Below are positions 25,753-35,179 of a stretch of DNA of 64,000 nucleotides, piece by piece. How positions within the stretch are numbered: the stretch's first letter is position 1; each line of letters opens with the position of its first letter. Under the pieces are notes generated by a model. That model was not told the origin of the DNA and did not search any database. It saw only the letters and a list, made by a program, of their open reading frames with translations. This DNA is from a virus (Duplodnaviria; Caudoviricetes). Location: IMG/VR virus record IMGVR_UViG_3300021387_000544, positions 5,678-69,677 of that record, one strand, 5' to 3'. Both the position numbers and the translations under genes were made by a program.

Positions 25753-27267
25753 TTATGCACTTGCTGCAGCTGCACTTTTCAGTTGGTAGAGCCTGTCTGC
25801 CTGCTGTTGCTGCTTTGCCTCCGCCGTCACCCTCTTGAACTCTCCGTTCTTTGAGTACGGGTTATGCTCCGTTGCCGACTCCGCCGACAGGATTCCCGCA
25901 TTCTTGGATGCCACTAGGTCTGCGATGAGCGACGAGTTGTTCTCGTGGACGAACGGCATGACGTATCCGAACAGCCTGTCGTTGAGGTCGAGGAACTCCG
26001 TTATCGCGCCCTGCTCGATGCCATAGCCCTCACAGAACAGCGACTGCATGTCAGTAATCGTGCGCTGGTATTCCTTTGCGTCCAGTTCTGCCTTGTCGAG
26101 CGACGGGGCATAGTACAGTTTCATCGTTCCCGTCGGTGTGTCGCCCGACTTCAGTTCCGGGTGCTTTACGATGAACGCTCCCTGGAAAATCTCGGTGAGC
26201 AGGTAGTCGATGTACTGCGTGTAGTTCTCCGACAGCCCCTGCGGCTGGATGATGGAGACATCGTCGTCCTTCCCCATCGTGAATGCGCGTATGCGTCCGA
26301 GCGGGTCGCCCTGTATGTCAATGTCGTCACCCTTCAGTTTGTATGATGGAAGTGCGGCGCCCGCATTGTTCTTGGCGAAGTACGACAGCGCCACCTCATA
26401 GTCGTCGATGAGGCACTGCACGTTGTTCCAGCACGGTCCGTTGTCCTTGTCCCTGAGATAGACGACCGGGCATCTGGTGAACCCGTGCCTCTGTCGCAGC
26501 ACCACCTCATATCCGTCCATGCCGAAATAATCCTTCAGCGCTCCGACTGCACCTGCGACGCCCGTCTTTGCCTGACGGTATCGTGTAAGGTACTCATCGT
26601 CCCATACCTCAACCCATGAGACTGTTTCATTTCCCTCCTCGTCGTATGAGGAGAACTTTCTGGCGAACCTGCCCATCTTCCCCGTTATCGGGTCATAGTG
26701 CGGGAAGAGCGTGTCTCCGTTGAGGAACGACAGCACCTTCGTGCCCAGCGTCCCTTCATTGAGATAGAATACCACCGCCCCGTCGGCGGTCACCTTGACG
26801 GATTTGGCGAGGTCGTAGAAGTCTATCTCCATGTTCTTCCTGAGCCATCCCTTCTGGTACTGCTTGTACAGCGCCTCATGGCCTTCCGTGATGTCCTCGT
26901 CCGTCAGTTCCCAGTGGATGTCGTTGCAGCACAGGTGTACGAGTTGCTGTGCCGTGATGACGCCCTGCAATGTGGATCCTATGCGGAACGTCTCCTCGCG
27001 GTGGAACTTGATCTCTTCGTTTCCGTCCTCGTCCACCTCTGTCGAATAGTTATAGAACTCAGGGAAGTAGAAGTCCGACATCACCCTGTGCGAGAATGGG
27101 TAGAACTCCTCAACGTAGTCGGCCTGAGTCATGATGCTGCCGGTCATCTTCCGCTCCGTGTACATCATCTTGTCGACATACATCGGCTTGTTGTACTTCT
27201 GCGACTCTCTTCCTCCATTGGTGAGTCGGTAGAACGGCTGCTTTGTTAAAAGGTCTCTTACTGCCAT
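25753..27267 (-). CDS. Portal protein (SPP1 gp6-like)
   Basis: About 504 aa, adjacent to terL; VKVTADGAVVFY, CPVVYLRD, IDDYEVALS, helical C-terminus. Confidence 0.8.
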   Translation of the reverse strand: MAVRDLLTKQPFYRLTNGGRESQKYNKPMYVDKMMYTERKMTGSIMTQADYVEEFYPFSHRVMSDFYFPEFYNYSTEVDEDGNEEIKFHREETFRIGSTLQGVITAQQLVHLCCNDIHWELTDEDITEGHEALYKQYQKGWLRKNMEIDFYDLAKSVKVTADGAVVFYLNEGTLGTKVLSFLNGDTLFPHYDPITGKMGRFARKFSSYDEEGNETVSWVEVWDDEYLTRYRQAKTGVAGAVGALKDYFGMDGYEVVLRQRHGFTRCPVVYLRDKDNGPCWNNVQCLIDDYEVALSYFAKNNAGAALPSYKLKGDDIDIQGDPLGRIRAFTMGKDDDVSIIQPQGLSENYTQYIDYLLTEIFQGAFIVKHPELKSGDTPTGTMKLYYAPSLDKAELDAKEYQRTITDMQSLFCEGYGIEQGAITEFLDLNDRLFGYVMPFVHENNSSLIADLVASKNAGILSAESATEHNPYSKNGEFKRVTAEAKQQQQADRLYQLKSAAAASA

Positions 27268-27308
27268 ATTTCTGGAGTTTAAAGAGGTAGGCTGCAAGTA
27301 GGTTTTTC

Positions 27309-29039
27309 CTACCATCTCCTTCCTCCGAAGTTTAACTTATCTGAATATCTTAATTTTCTCTTCACGTTTTCGGGCATCCCTCCGAGGAGTCCGCTGTTGT
27401 GCGGCTTGTGATGCACGCGCTTGATGTTGAATATCTCGCGTATGGCCGCACCCTCGATGAAGTCAGGCGACCGGTGTATGATGCGTTTCATCACCCTCAC
27501 CTTGTCGACCACCCTCGTCGGGTCGTCCTCACGGAACCTGATGCATTTGCGCTCCTCGTTCATCAGTTCGCGGAACGTCCTGTTCTTATATCCCTTGCCG
27601 GAGAACCTCCTGTCGAGCAGGTCTGGGTCTATGGAGTATGTGCCGTCCTTGATGTGGTCTGCGAAGTACTGGAACGTCTGCGCCTTCATGTTGAAGAACA
27701 TTCCCTTGAAGTCCTCCTTTACACCCTCCCTCGGATCAAACGGGAGCGCTTTCGGGAAGAACCCCTTGAACACCTGACCGACGCCCGGAAGGTCATAGGC
27801 AAAGTTCTCCTCGCGCACCCTCCATCTCTCCAGGAGCGCCTTCGCAAACTCGACGGTATGCTTTGCGTCCTTCTGGCAAGTTGCTATGTCAGCCATGTGG
27901 TTCCCTATCCAGAGGTAGAAGACACACATGTCGCCTCCGTCGAATGCAGCGTCGCACGTCACCCTCCTGATGCCGTCTCCGAGTTGCTCCGCATTGCCGT
28001 AGAAACGCTCCATATGCTCCATCTTGATGATGTCAGACCCTGCCGCCTTGTACTTCCAGTTACCCTCAAGGAACCTTGCACGCGTCTCCTCGTCCTGGTT
28101 GAAGAGGTTGGCGAGATAGGAAGGGTCTGAGCCGAGCAGCGCCTTGTTGTCGGTGAGTTTCGCAGGCACGAATGCCACCGACTTGATGAACAGATCCTGC
28201 GGTGTGCCGAACTCCTCATATTCCTCCCTCCATGAAGACATGATGGCATCGCGGCACTTCTCGAATACCTCCTCGCGGGTATCTCCCCACACGACCTCCG
28301 TCACGTCGTCGCCCATCATGGTGCAGTACCGCACCTTTCCAGACCTCTCAGGTATAGGCAGTCCTGTCTCCTGGTCAATCCACCACTCGATGAACCTTGC
28401 CACCCAAGAGTCGGGATCGGGGTTGCAGGAGCCGACGATTCTGTTTCTTATGCCGTATGCGTTACGGTTGGACATCGTGAGCACCTTGAACTTCTGGTAT
28501 GACATCTGCGTCACCTCGTCGATGCCGATGTACGGATACTGCTTACCCTGATATCGGTCGTGGAAGGACGAGAACTCCATGTTGTGGTATGTGAACGTGA
28601 GCCATCCACCGGCCCTGAAGTTCCATGTGAGGTCGTTCTTTGACTTGTTGAACAGGCCGTACGCATCATACAGTTCGTATGAGGTGTCGATGATATCCGA
28701 GAGGTCGTCCAGTTCCTTACGGAAGATGATCGAGCGGAAGTTCGGGTTCGTGATGTCGTAGAGCGCCTGCATGAGCAGTATGTACGACTTTCCTCCTCCA
28801 CGCGAGCCTCCCACGATGGAAATGTCTGCCACTGATGACAGCATATCGTCCTGTCCTCCCGGCTGGAAGTACGTCATGTTCTTCGGCTTGGTGGAGCGTA
28901 TGGCATCCCACTCATCGTCAGTGATGACGGTGAGCGACCGTGCCAGTTCCCTGAACCTCTCAGCCAGCAGCGGTTCTACAGGCCTCGGTATGTACTTGAC
29001 AGGCTGATATGTCTGCATCTGAACCTTATTTGCGGGCAA
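27309..29039 (-). CDS. terL: Terminase large subunit
   Basis: Walker A IVGGSRGGGKS, Walker B IGIDEVTQ, GSCNP, nuclease TCDAAFDGGD...SPDFIE; start uncertain. Confidence 0.92.
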   Translation of the reverse strand: MPANKVQMQTYQPVKYIPRPVEPLLAERFRELARSLTVITDDEWDAIRSTKPKNMTYFQPGGQDDMLSSVADISIVGGSRGGGKSYILLMQALYDITNPNFRSIIFRKELDDLSDIIDTSYELYDAYGLFNKSKNDLTWNFRAGGWLTFTYHNMEFSSFHDRYQGKQYPYIGIDEVTQMSYQKFKVLTMSNRNAYGIRNRIVGSCNPDPDSWVARFIEWWIDQETGLPIPERSGKVRYCTMMGDDVTEVVWGDTREEVFEKCRDAIMSSWREEYEEFGTPQDLFIKSVAFVPAKLTDNKALLGSDPSYLANLFNQDEETRARFLEGNWKYKAAGSDIIKMEHMERFYGNAEQLGDGIRRVTCDAAFDGGDMCVFYLWIGNHMADIATCQKDAKHTVEFAKALLERWRVREENFAYDLPGVGQVFKGFFPKALPFDPREGVKEDFKGMFFNMKAQTFQYFADHIKDGTYSIDPDLLDRRFSGKGYKNRTFRELMNEERKCIRFREDDPTRVVDKVRVMKRIIHRSPDFIEGAAIREIFNIKRVHHKPHNSGLLGGMPENVKRKLRYSDKLNFGGRRW

Positions 29040-29094
29040 AAATAAGTAAAAAGTGCATATTTTTATAATTTTAGACGAAAATTTAATCCAAAAA

Positions 29095-29130
29095 ATTTGC
29101 GAATATGCAATAAATATCTATTTTTGGAGC
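29095..29130 (+). promoter_or_regulatory. Putative late promoter (head operon)
   Basis: ATTTGCGAATATGCAATAAATATCTATTTTTG, near-identical to 44449-44484. Confidence 0.55.
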
Positions 29131-29237
29131 GTGAAATCATCAAATTGGCGTATTTGGCATGACACACGAAGGCAGAAAGACTGCTTTTCAGGATAATTTC
29201 TACTAGTGTAGATAGGATAACATTTAATCGCAATTTT

Positions 29238-29921
29238 ATGGAAATCGAAAAAATCGTTTCTACTGTGCAGGAGAAGGTCGGAAACACCGATTTTTCAGCG
29301 CAAACCATTCAGAAGTACGTAGAACTGAACCCTGTTGCCGAGGGGCAGGAGCCTGACGAGGCATACTTCACCAAGGCGAAGGACTTTCTGACAGCCATGC
29401 AGGGACAGTACAACCACGACTTCTCGACAAAGTTCAACGAGGCAAAGAAAAACTTGCTTTCGGAGGACACGTTCAAGAACTTATCGGCAGAACAGTTAGC
29501 CGAAGTCAAGAAACTGCTGGAGGGTCTGAAGCCCAGCCCGCAGCCTCAGCCTCAGGAGAGTGAGGTGGTCAAATCCCTAAGGGAGCAGATCAAGGCACTC
29601 AGCGACAGGCTCGACAACGACGACAAGGCGAAGCAGCAGGCCGAACTCCTCTCAAAGGTGAAAGCCGTCATGAGGGAGAATAAGGCCATTGACGAGTATG
29701 TTCTTGAAAACACACTCAGAGGCGTGGAACTTGATGCCACAAAGAGCGTTGAAGACCTGGCCAAAGAGTGCCTGGCGAAGTACGATTCCGAATACCTGAG
29801 ATGCCGCGGTGCAGGCGCTCCTCCGAGAACTGGAGGCGTAGGCGGCACGGACGGTGACTCTGAACTGAAGAAGCGTTTCAAGAAGAAGTTCGAGAAAGAG
29901 GGTATCGGCAAGAAGGACTGA
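29238..29921 (+). CDS. Capsid scaffolding protein
   Basis: Charged, helical; first gene of the head operon. Confidence 0.7.
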   Translation: MEIEKIVSTVQEKVGNTDFSAQTIQKYVELNPVAEGQEPDEAYFTKAKDFLTAMQGQYNHDFSTKFNEAKKNLLSEDTFKNLSAEQLAEVKKLLEGLKPSPQPQPQESEVVKSLREQIKALSDRLDNDDKAKQQAELLSKVKAVMRENKAIDEYVLENTLRGVELDATKSVEDLAKECLAKYDSEYLRCRGAGAPPRTGGVGGTDGDSELKKRFKKKFEKEGIGKKD

Positions 29922-29969
29922 GCCGCAAGTGATAGGAATAATTGTCTAACAAAAAAAAGGAAACGAAAG

Positions 29970-30440
29970 ATGAAGAATCAGGTTTTTCAGACGGGCAATA
30001 CCTATGACGTACAGAGTTTTTCTGTAGGTCATGCACGTAAGGTATGGCGCAGAATTGAGGAGCAACTTCCCGGCGGTCACAGAATCAAGAACGTGGCCGA
30101 CTTTGTTTCTGCTGGTCTTATCCGTTCAGGATTGCCAGTAGTGAAGGACGATGCTCTTGGTGCAGACGAGAAGGACATCAAGGTCCTGACTTGGGCACAG
30201 GTAAAGGCTGCCATTTCGGGTGACACACCCGCTGGCATCGACTCTCTCGGTATCATCGGCTTCTTGCAGGAGGATGCTCCTGTACTGAGCGCACAGACCA
30301 TCGCCACCGGCACGGTTATTGTGAAGGGTGAGATTTACGACTACATGCTTGGTGACAATCTTGAGGACGCTGCCCTCATTGCTGCTGCCATTAAGGGCAT
30401 GAGTCAGAAGAACGGTATGGCTATCCGCGTGGTAGAGTAA
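29970..30440 (+). CDS. Head decoration / cement protein
   Basis: Between scaffold and capsid genes; VIVKGEI motif. Confidence 0.6.
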   Translation: MKNQVFQTGNTYDVQSFSVGHARKVWRRIEEQLPGGHRIKNVADFVSAGLIRSGLPVVKDDALGADEKDIKVLTWAQVKAAISGDTPAGIDSLGIIGFLQEDAPVLSAQTIATGTVIVKGEIYDYMLGDNLEDAALIAAAIKGMSQKNGMAIRVVE

Positions 30441-30474
30441 CCGAAGTGTTTAACGAAAAGAAAGGAACAAGGAT

Positions 30475-31686
30475 ATGAGAACTATTCCAGTTACTTTGCG
30501 CGACATGATCTCTCTCGGCATGTACGGCGAGACATGGCAGAGTTTCGTAGACAACTACGAGGAGAAATTCAATGCCATCAACATTGACGGCTTCGACTTT
30601 GATCCCGTGACCATCGGTTACACATTCGCGCAGATGCTTTCAAAGGTGGGCGCACAGGTGCTTCCTACCTATGTAGATCCTGAGAGCGAGGGTTACGAGA
30701 AGCCTCTCGGCCAACTCGAAGGCAATACGGGCAACATCCCCACGCAGAAGTTGTACTATTCCGTGAACCGCGTCATCCTCCGCGAGAAGATGCAGTTGGT
30801 TCAGAAGTACGGCAACGCCGTCATGGACGACGAGATGCGTGACGTGATGTTCGGCCTTCTTGACGAGGGAACGGACGGACTGATCCAGTCGTTCGTCAAC
30901 GCCCTGAACCACCAGCGTCATCAGGTGGTCTCGAAGGGTGAGTTCACCATCGACGCAGTCAACAACCCGCGCGGTCTGAAGGGCATCACCATCGGCTTCA
31001 ACATGCCGGGTGCCAACAAGGACGTGTTGACGGGAGAGAACCGCTGGTGGAAGTCCGACGAGCACACAACGGCCAACGAGGGTAAGAACTCCGACCCGCT
31101 GATGTACCTGAAGAACCGCCGCAAGGCCATCCGCCGCACACTGACCGGCTACAGCCGCTACGAAGGCCCGCTCGGCATGGAGATCTCGCGCGACCTGTGG
31201 GATGACATGCTCCAGCACTCGAAGGTGCTCTTCCGTCTGGCTGCCAACATGTACCCGACCATCAGCGACGACACCGTACGCCTGACCTTCCTTGAGAACA
31301 ACGCAAGCGAAGACCGCTTCAAGGAGATCATCCGCAAGTTCATCGGCGTTGAGTACATCAAGGTTCAGGAGACCTACTCGTTCGTGAGCAAGAAGGGCCA
31401 GAACGCTGCCGGTGAGAACGACCTCATCGAGGAGCGCATCGACAACTTCGACCCGAAGAACGTGTCGTTCGTTCCCGCCATCGGCCGTCTCGGCGGCATC
31501 CAGGGCGTCACTCCGCTCTCCATGGGCTATGACTCCGACAAGGTGGCCTACGCACTCGGCAACCGTCTGCTGATTGAGCAGGAGGACATCCCCCGCACTC
31601 ACAGCATCAACGTGAACGGTGAGATGGCACAACTCTGTGTGCCTGAGGCAATCCTGCACATGTACATCAGTACTGTTACGGCGTAA
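30475..31686 (+). CDS. Major capsid protein
   Basis: 403 aa, strong C-ending codon bias, position after scaffold and decoration genes. Confidence 0.85.
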   Translation: MRTIPVTLRDMISLGMYGETWQSFVDNYEEKFNAINIDGFDFDPVTIGYTFAQMLSKVGAQVLPTYVDPESEGYEKPLGQLEGNTGNIPTQKLYYSVNRVILREKMQLVQKYGNAVMDDEMRDVMFGLLDEGTDGLIQSFVNALNHQRHQVVSKGEFTIDAVNNPRGLKGITIGFNMPGANKDVLTGENRWWKSDEHTTANEGKNSDPLMYLKNRRKAIRRTLTGYSRYEGPLGMEISRDLWDDMLQHSKVLFRLAANMYPTISDDTVRLTFLENNASEDRFKEIIRKFIGVEYIKVQETYSFVSKKGQNAAGENDLIEERIDNFDPKNVSFVPAIGRLGGIQGVTPLSMGYDSDKVAYALGNRLLIEQEDIPRTHSINVNGEMAQLCVPEAILHMYISTVTA

Positions 31687-31710
31687 ACACTCAAAGTGAA
31701 CGGAATCCGT

Positions 31711-32100
31711 ATGGCACAAGTCACTACGATAAGCGAATACCTGAAGGGCGTCAGCCAGTTACTCACTGATGACGGCCTCAGGTATGTGCTTTCCAAGCGG
31801 AGGCTGACCGGAGACGAACTGCTTCCACAGTACGAAGGCAAACCGGAGGCCGAGGGACATGACGTGCTTACTGAGCGCGAGATGGACTTGGCTGAAGGGG
31901 TGTCGTATTACTGGTTGAGCAACCTCCCTGTCGGCGGTGCGACGGAGAAGGTGTCCGACGGTGGGTGGTCTCACAGCGAGGGCGGCTGGACGGTATCCAA
32001 GGCAAACATCGATGAATGGATGCGCAAGTACCGCTCACTGTACCAGAAGTGGGACGAGGAACTGCTGGACAGGTCACGGATAAGGATTATTAATTTCTAG
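31711..32100 (+). CDS. Head-tail adaptor protein
   Basis: Directly after capsid gene; SEGGWTVS...LYQKW. Confidence 0.6.
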   Translation: MAQVTTISEYLKGVSQLLTDDGLRYVLSKRRLTGDELLPQYEGKPEAEGHDVLTEREMDLAEGVSYYWLSNLPVGGATEKVSDGGWSHSEGGWTVSKANIDEWMRKYRSLYQKWDEELLDRSRIRIINF

Positions 32101-32106
32101 GCAAAT

Positions 32107-32502
32107 ATGGGCAGGCTCGGCAAACAGTTCCCAAGGTTCCCCCACAGATGCACGATCTATTCCATCGGCGAACCCACTCCATTCAGCGAGGGTGAGAAGG
32201 TCATTCACTGGGAAGGCATCTGCAGGAAGGAGAGTAACACCTCCGTCAGAACCTTTAGGAGCACGGATAGCGTCCTCAAGTCAGACTACCGTGTTCAACT
32301 TGGCTGTAAGGTCGGAGACCTGGAAGCGGCAAGCGACTACTCACGCTTCAGCGACGAGGTAGGAGCCATTGTTGGCGGTATACGCGCCGGCATGTTCATA
32401 GACGTCGAGGACTTAAGCGGAAACTTCGAAGGCCTGACTATCAGCGACGCCTACGCAGGCAACCTAGGCACGACAATCTACTGTGACAATCCAAAGAACT
32501 GA
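32107..32502 (+). CDS. Head closure / stopper protein
   Basis: FPHRCTIY start, synteny. Confidence 0.55.
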   Translation: MGRLGKQFPRFPHRCTIYSIGEPTPFSEGEKVIHWEGICRKESNTSVRTFRSTDSVLKSDYRVQLGCKVGDLEAASDYSRFSDEVGAIVGGIRAGMFIDVEDLSGNFEGLTISDAYAGNLGTTIYCDNPKN

Positions 32503-32508
32503 TGCGTC

Positions 32509-32895
32509 ATGAACAGGTATAAGAGGATAGAAGTACTGCAGGAACTCTGCGAAAAGGCAGGCGCGGTGTGCGGCAACGTGTACACCAACACCCGCCCCAC
32601 CGCAGTAGAGAAGATGGACGAGTTCATTGTCGTCCGTCTGCCTCAAGGCATCGACCCTTATGCCGACACGCATAACACAGCCTTTGTCCAGATGAACTGT
32701 TTCGCCCGCGACCGCCAAGGCGGCATTACCAACGAGAATGTCCTCGAAAGACTTGTCGACGGCGTTGTCAACCTCCTGCCTTTCAACGACAGCCTGATGT
32801 CGTGCAACGACGCACCGCTTGTCATGGGCACAGTCTCTGACGGTATGGGATTTCATTCAACTATCATTCAATTCAGAATTGTCATTAAAGTCTGA
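32509..32895 (+). CDS. Tail terminator-like protein
   Basis: Synteny, beta-rich. Confidence 0.55.
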   Translation: MNRYKRIEVLQELCEKAGAVCGNVYTNTRPTAVEKMDEFIVVRLPQGIDPYADTHNTAFVQMNCFARDRQGGITNENVLERLVDGVVNLLPFNDSLMSCNDAPLVMGTVSDGMGFHSTIIQFRIVIKV

Positions 32896-32939
32896 TGACG
32901 ATGGCAAAGTTAAGGAAAACATTAAAAACAACAACAGTT

Positions 32940-33527
32940 ATGGCAAATATCGTTTCTACAAACAAAGAGACCTTGAAGACTATTTTCGACAAGGTTCATC
33001 GCGTGTACTATTTCGCTAACAACAAGTCAGAACAGGGTGCAGTATTGCCTCTCGGAAGCCTGACCGGCGGTGTTGAGTTCCCAGTATTGGAAGACGGTGT
33101 GTCTTTTGACACCGGCGAACCCGACAAGAACGAGGTGAAACTGACCGACGGCACGACCTGGACATCCAAGGTAAGCCAGGGTGAGAGCGACATCTCCTTC
33201 CAGGTGTCGTCTGTTCATGCCACCATCAACGACATCCTGATGGAGAAGAAGACGGCAGCCGTCATCTCCACAGGTGTTCAGATCGGTGACTACGACTACA
33301 CCGGTCAGGGTTATTCCCTTGCCCCGAAGAAGATCGGCGGTGCGCTGGTCATGGTGTCTAGCGACGGCCTGTCTGGCGTGTACCTTCCCGACGTGGAGAT
33401 GTTCGCATCGTTCAACGGCGAGGGCGGTGATGACTCTACCGGCTTCTACAACGTCAGCGTCACTCCTCTTACCGACGCCAACGGTGCAGGCTTCTACATC
33501 CTCAGCGGCACTGCTCACAGCGCATAA
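32940..33527 (+). CDS. Major tail (tube) protein
   Basis: About 195 aa, acidic, beta-rich, followed by a terminator; ATG 32940. Confidence 0.7.
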   Translation: MANIVSTNKETLKTIFDKVHRVYYFANNKSEQGAVLPLGSLTGGVEFPVLEDGVSFDTGEPDKNEVKLTDGTTWTSKVSQGESDISFQVSSVHATINDILMEKKTAAVISTGVQIGDYDYTGQGYSLAPKKIGGALVMVSSDGLSGVYLPDVEMFASFNGEGGDDSTGFYNVSVTPLTDANGAGFYILSGTAHSA

Positions 33528-33550
33528 CATTCATACGCTAAATACAGTCG

Positions 33551-33584
33551 GGGGTGGTGGTACGGATAATGCTGCCACCCCTTT
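33551..33584 (+). terminator. Intrinsic terminator
   Basis: GGGGTGGTGG...CTGCCACCCC TTT. Confidence 0.6.
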
Positions 33585-33605
33585 AAAATTATAACAAGCA
33601 AGCAT

Positions 33606-34124
33606 ATGGACGACATACACAAGCTTCTATTCCAGAAAGGTGAAAGCGCGGTCGTTGACTCTTACACGCAATGGGGTCTGGTCTGCATCAATGTTCCGTT
33701 CAAGGCAGGCGGCAAGACTAAGAAACTGCCGAACCGCGAATGGTTTGACGAGCACGGTGACGACACTTACATCCCTGACGCCCTTATGATGGAGGGCTAC
33801 GACGCGGAGTTTGAGATGGCCTACAAGGGTGAGGAACTGGCCACCAACCCTTTTGACCTTGACCTTGCATTCCAGAATATCAACGCCTTCAAGAAATGGC
33901 TGTCAGGGAACAATACTGATAGCGGCAGCGGTGCTGAACTCAAGATTTACTCTCCATACTCCACTATCGGCAGGCAGGGATGCTATCTTCTGGAGATATC
34001 CGACGAAGATCCGCACGTACAGACAAAGAATGTCGGCTCGAACTTGTATCATGAGAATGTCGTGACCTTTAAGGTAAAGTTCCGCGTCACAGACCCTGCC
34101 ACAGAAATAACGCTTACGGTATGA
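33606..34124 (+). CDS. Distal tail (Dit)-like protein
   Basis: DSYTQWGLVC...EWFDEHGDD...FKVKFRVTDP. Confidence 0.55.
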   Translation: MDDIHKLLFQKGESAVVDSYTQWGLVCINVPFKAGGKTKKLPNREWFDEHGDDTYIPDALMMEGYDAEFEMAYKGEELATNPFDLDLAFQNINAFKKWLSGNNTDSGSGAELKIYSPYSTIGRQGCYLLEISDEDPHVQTKNVGSNLYHENVVTFKVKFRVTDPATEITLTV

Positions 34125-34642
34125 GAAATGACAATGTCAAGGTTCTTGAGAACGGCTTTGCGAAGGGCTTCCGCATGATAGAGGACACTCTCTACAACAG
34201 CCTCGTATCCGCAGCAGACCGCCTTCTTGTCCGTGTCTCGACCAACAGGCAGTTCGTAGGATTCACCGGCAACACGCAGACGTCGTACATGGCAGGTATC
34301 TACTACGACGGAAGGCTCAGAGACGTTGTCTATCAGCGCAACTGGAAAGAGCCGACGAGGCGGATGAAAGTGCGCAAGGGGAGGGTTGTGTACCTTAGCA
34401 ATCCTTATGAGGGCCAGCCCCGTGCCGTCCAAGGCATGGTTGACATCGGAGAGAACCACGGCGTTCAGACTTCAATCAAGTTCCTTGAGGGTTACCGTGC
34501 GCCCAGGCGAAGCATCTGCCTTGTGCTGACGACCGGTACTGAATACTCGGAATACATTGAGCAGGTTCGCCACTTCGATGTACTGACAAATACATGGAAG
34601 GATGCAGAAGGAATAATCAACCAGAACTGGAGAAAGATATAA
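34121..34642 (+). CDS. Tail completion / neck protein (HK97 gp10-like)
   Basis: FTGNTQTSY...TGTEYSEYIE pattern. Confidence 0.55.
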   Translation: MRNDNVKVLENGFAKGFRMIEDTLYNSLVSAADRLLVRVSTNRQFVGFTGNTQTSYMAGIYYDGRLRDVVYQRNWKEPTRRMKVRKGRVVYLSNPYEGQPRAVQGMVDIGENHGVQTSIKFLEGYRAPRRSICLVLTTGTEYSEYIEQVRHFDVLTNTWKDAEGIINQNWRKI

Positions 34643-34689
34643 TCCTGATCACCATGGGGGAGGTGAAAAATATCCCCCGACATTTAATA

Positions 34690-34800
34690 AAGACTCTCAC
34701 ATACATTATTAAAGTGCGCCCATGCGGTTGCCCGTCGGGGGATGATATGCCCTCTCTTGCAACTGCATGGGTCTTTCTGTTTCCTTAATGTATGTGAGAT
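34690..34800 (-). ncRNA. Putative structured small RNA
   Basis: 14-bp perfect outer stem (34695-708 / 34786-799), 13-bp inner stem (34719-731 / 34759-771); TACCTTTGCA box at 34804-34813 on minus strand. Confidence 0.55.
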
Positions 34801-34834
34801 GGGTGCAAAGGTAGTAATTTAAAATTAAAAAACG

Positions 34835-35080
34835 ATGAAAGTATTTGAGATTTTATCTTTGAACCGTGAATTTCTTGACAGACTGAACAGTTTTGGCATC
34901 AATCCTGACGACTACAAGTGGACTGAACTGTATCTTGATTTCAAAAAGATGAAGGAAAACGGTGACAAGACCGTCTATGCCGTCGCTGTATTGGCTGAGA
35001 GATACAATATATGTGAGCGTAAGGTATACAAGATCATCCGAGAGATGGAAACCGACTGCCAGATTGGTGCATTGGTATAG
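34835..35080 (+). CDS. Small putative HTH regulator
   Basis: YAVAVLAERYNICERKVYKII. Confidence 0.7.
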   Translation: MKVFEILSLNREFLDRLNSFGINPDDYKWTELYLDFKKMKENGDKTVYAVAVLAERYNICERKVYKIIREMETDCQIGALV

Positions 35081-35114
35081 TCCTCAAAAACTTTGAGTCT
35101 CCTTATAATTTCTC

Positions 35115-35124
35115 TATCTTTGCC
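35115..35124 (+). promoter_or_regulatory. Bacteroidota -7 promoter box for the cassette
   Basis: TATCTTTGCC with upstream TTTG. Confidence 0.65.
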
Positions 35125-35179
35125 CTGTCAATCGCGATGACAAGGTAAACATAAGTATTAACATCACAAAAACTAAACT

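Noticed and set aside
27309-29039. Intein or intron in terL
   Set aside because: Normal length, continuous ATPase and nuclease motifs, no splice-junction signatures
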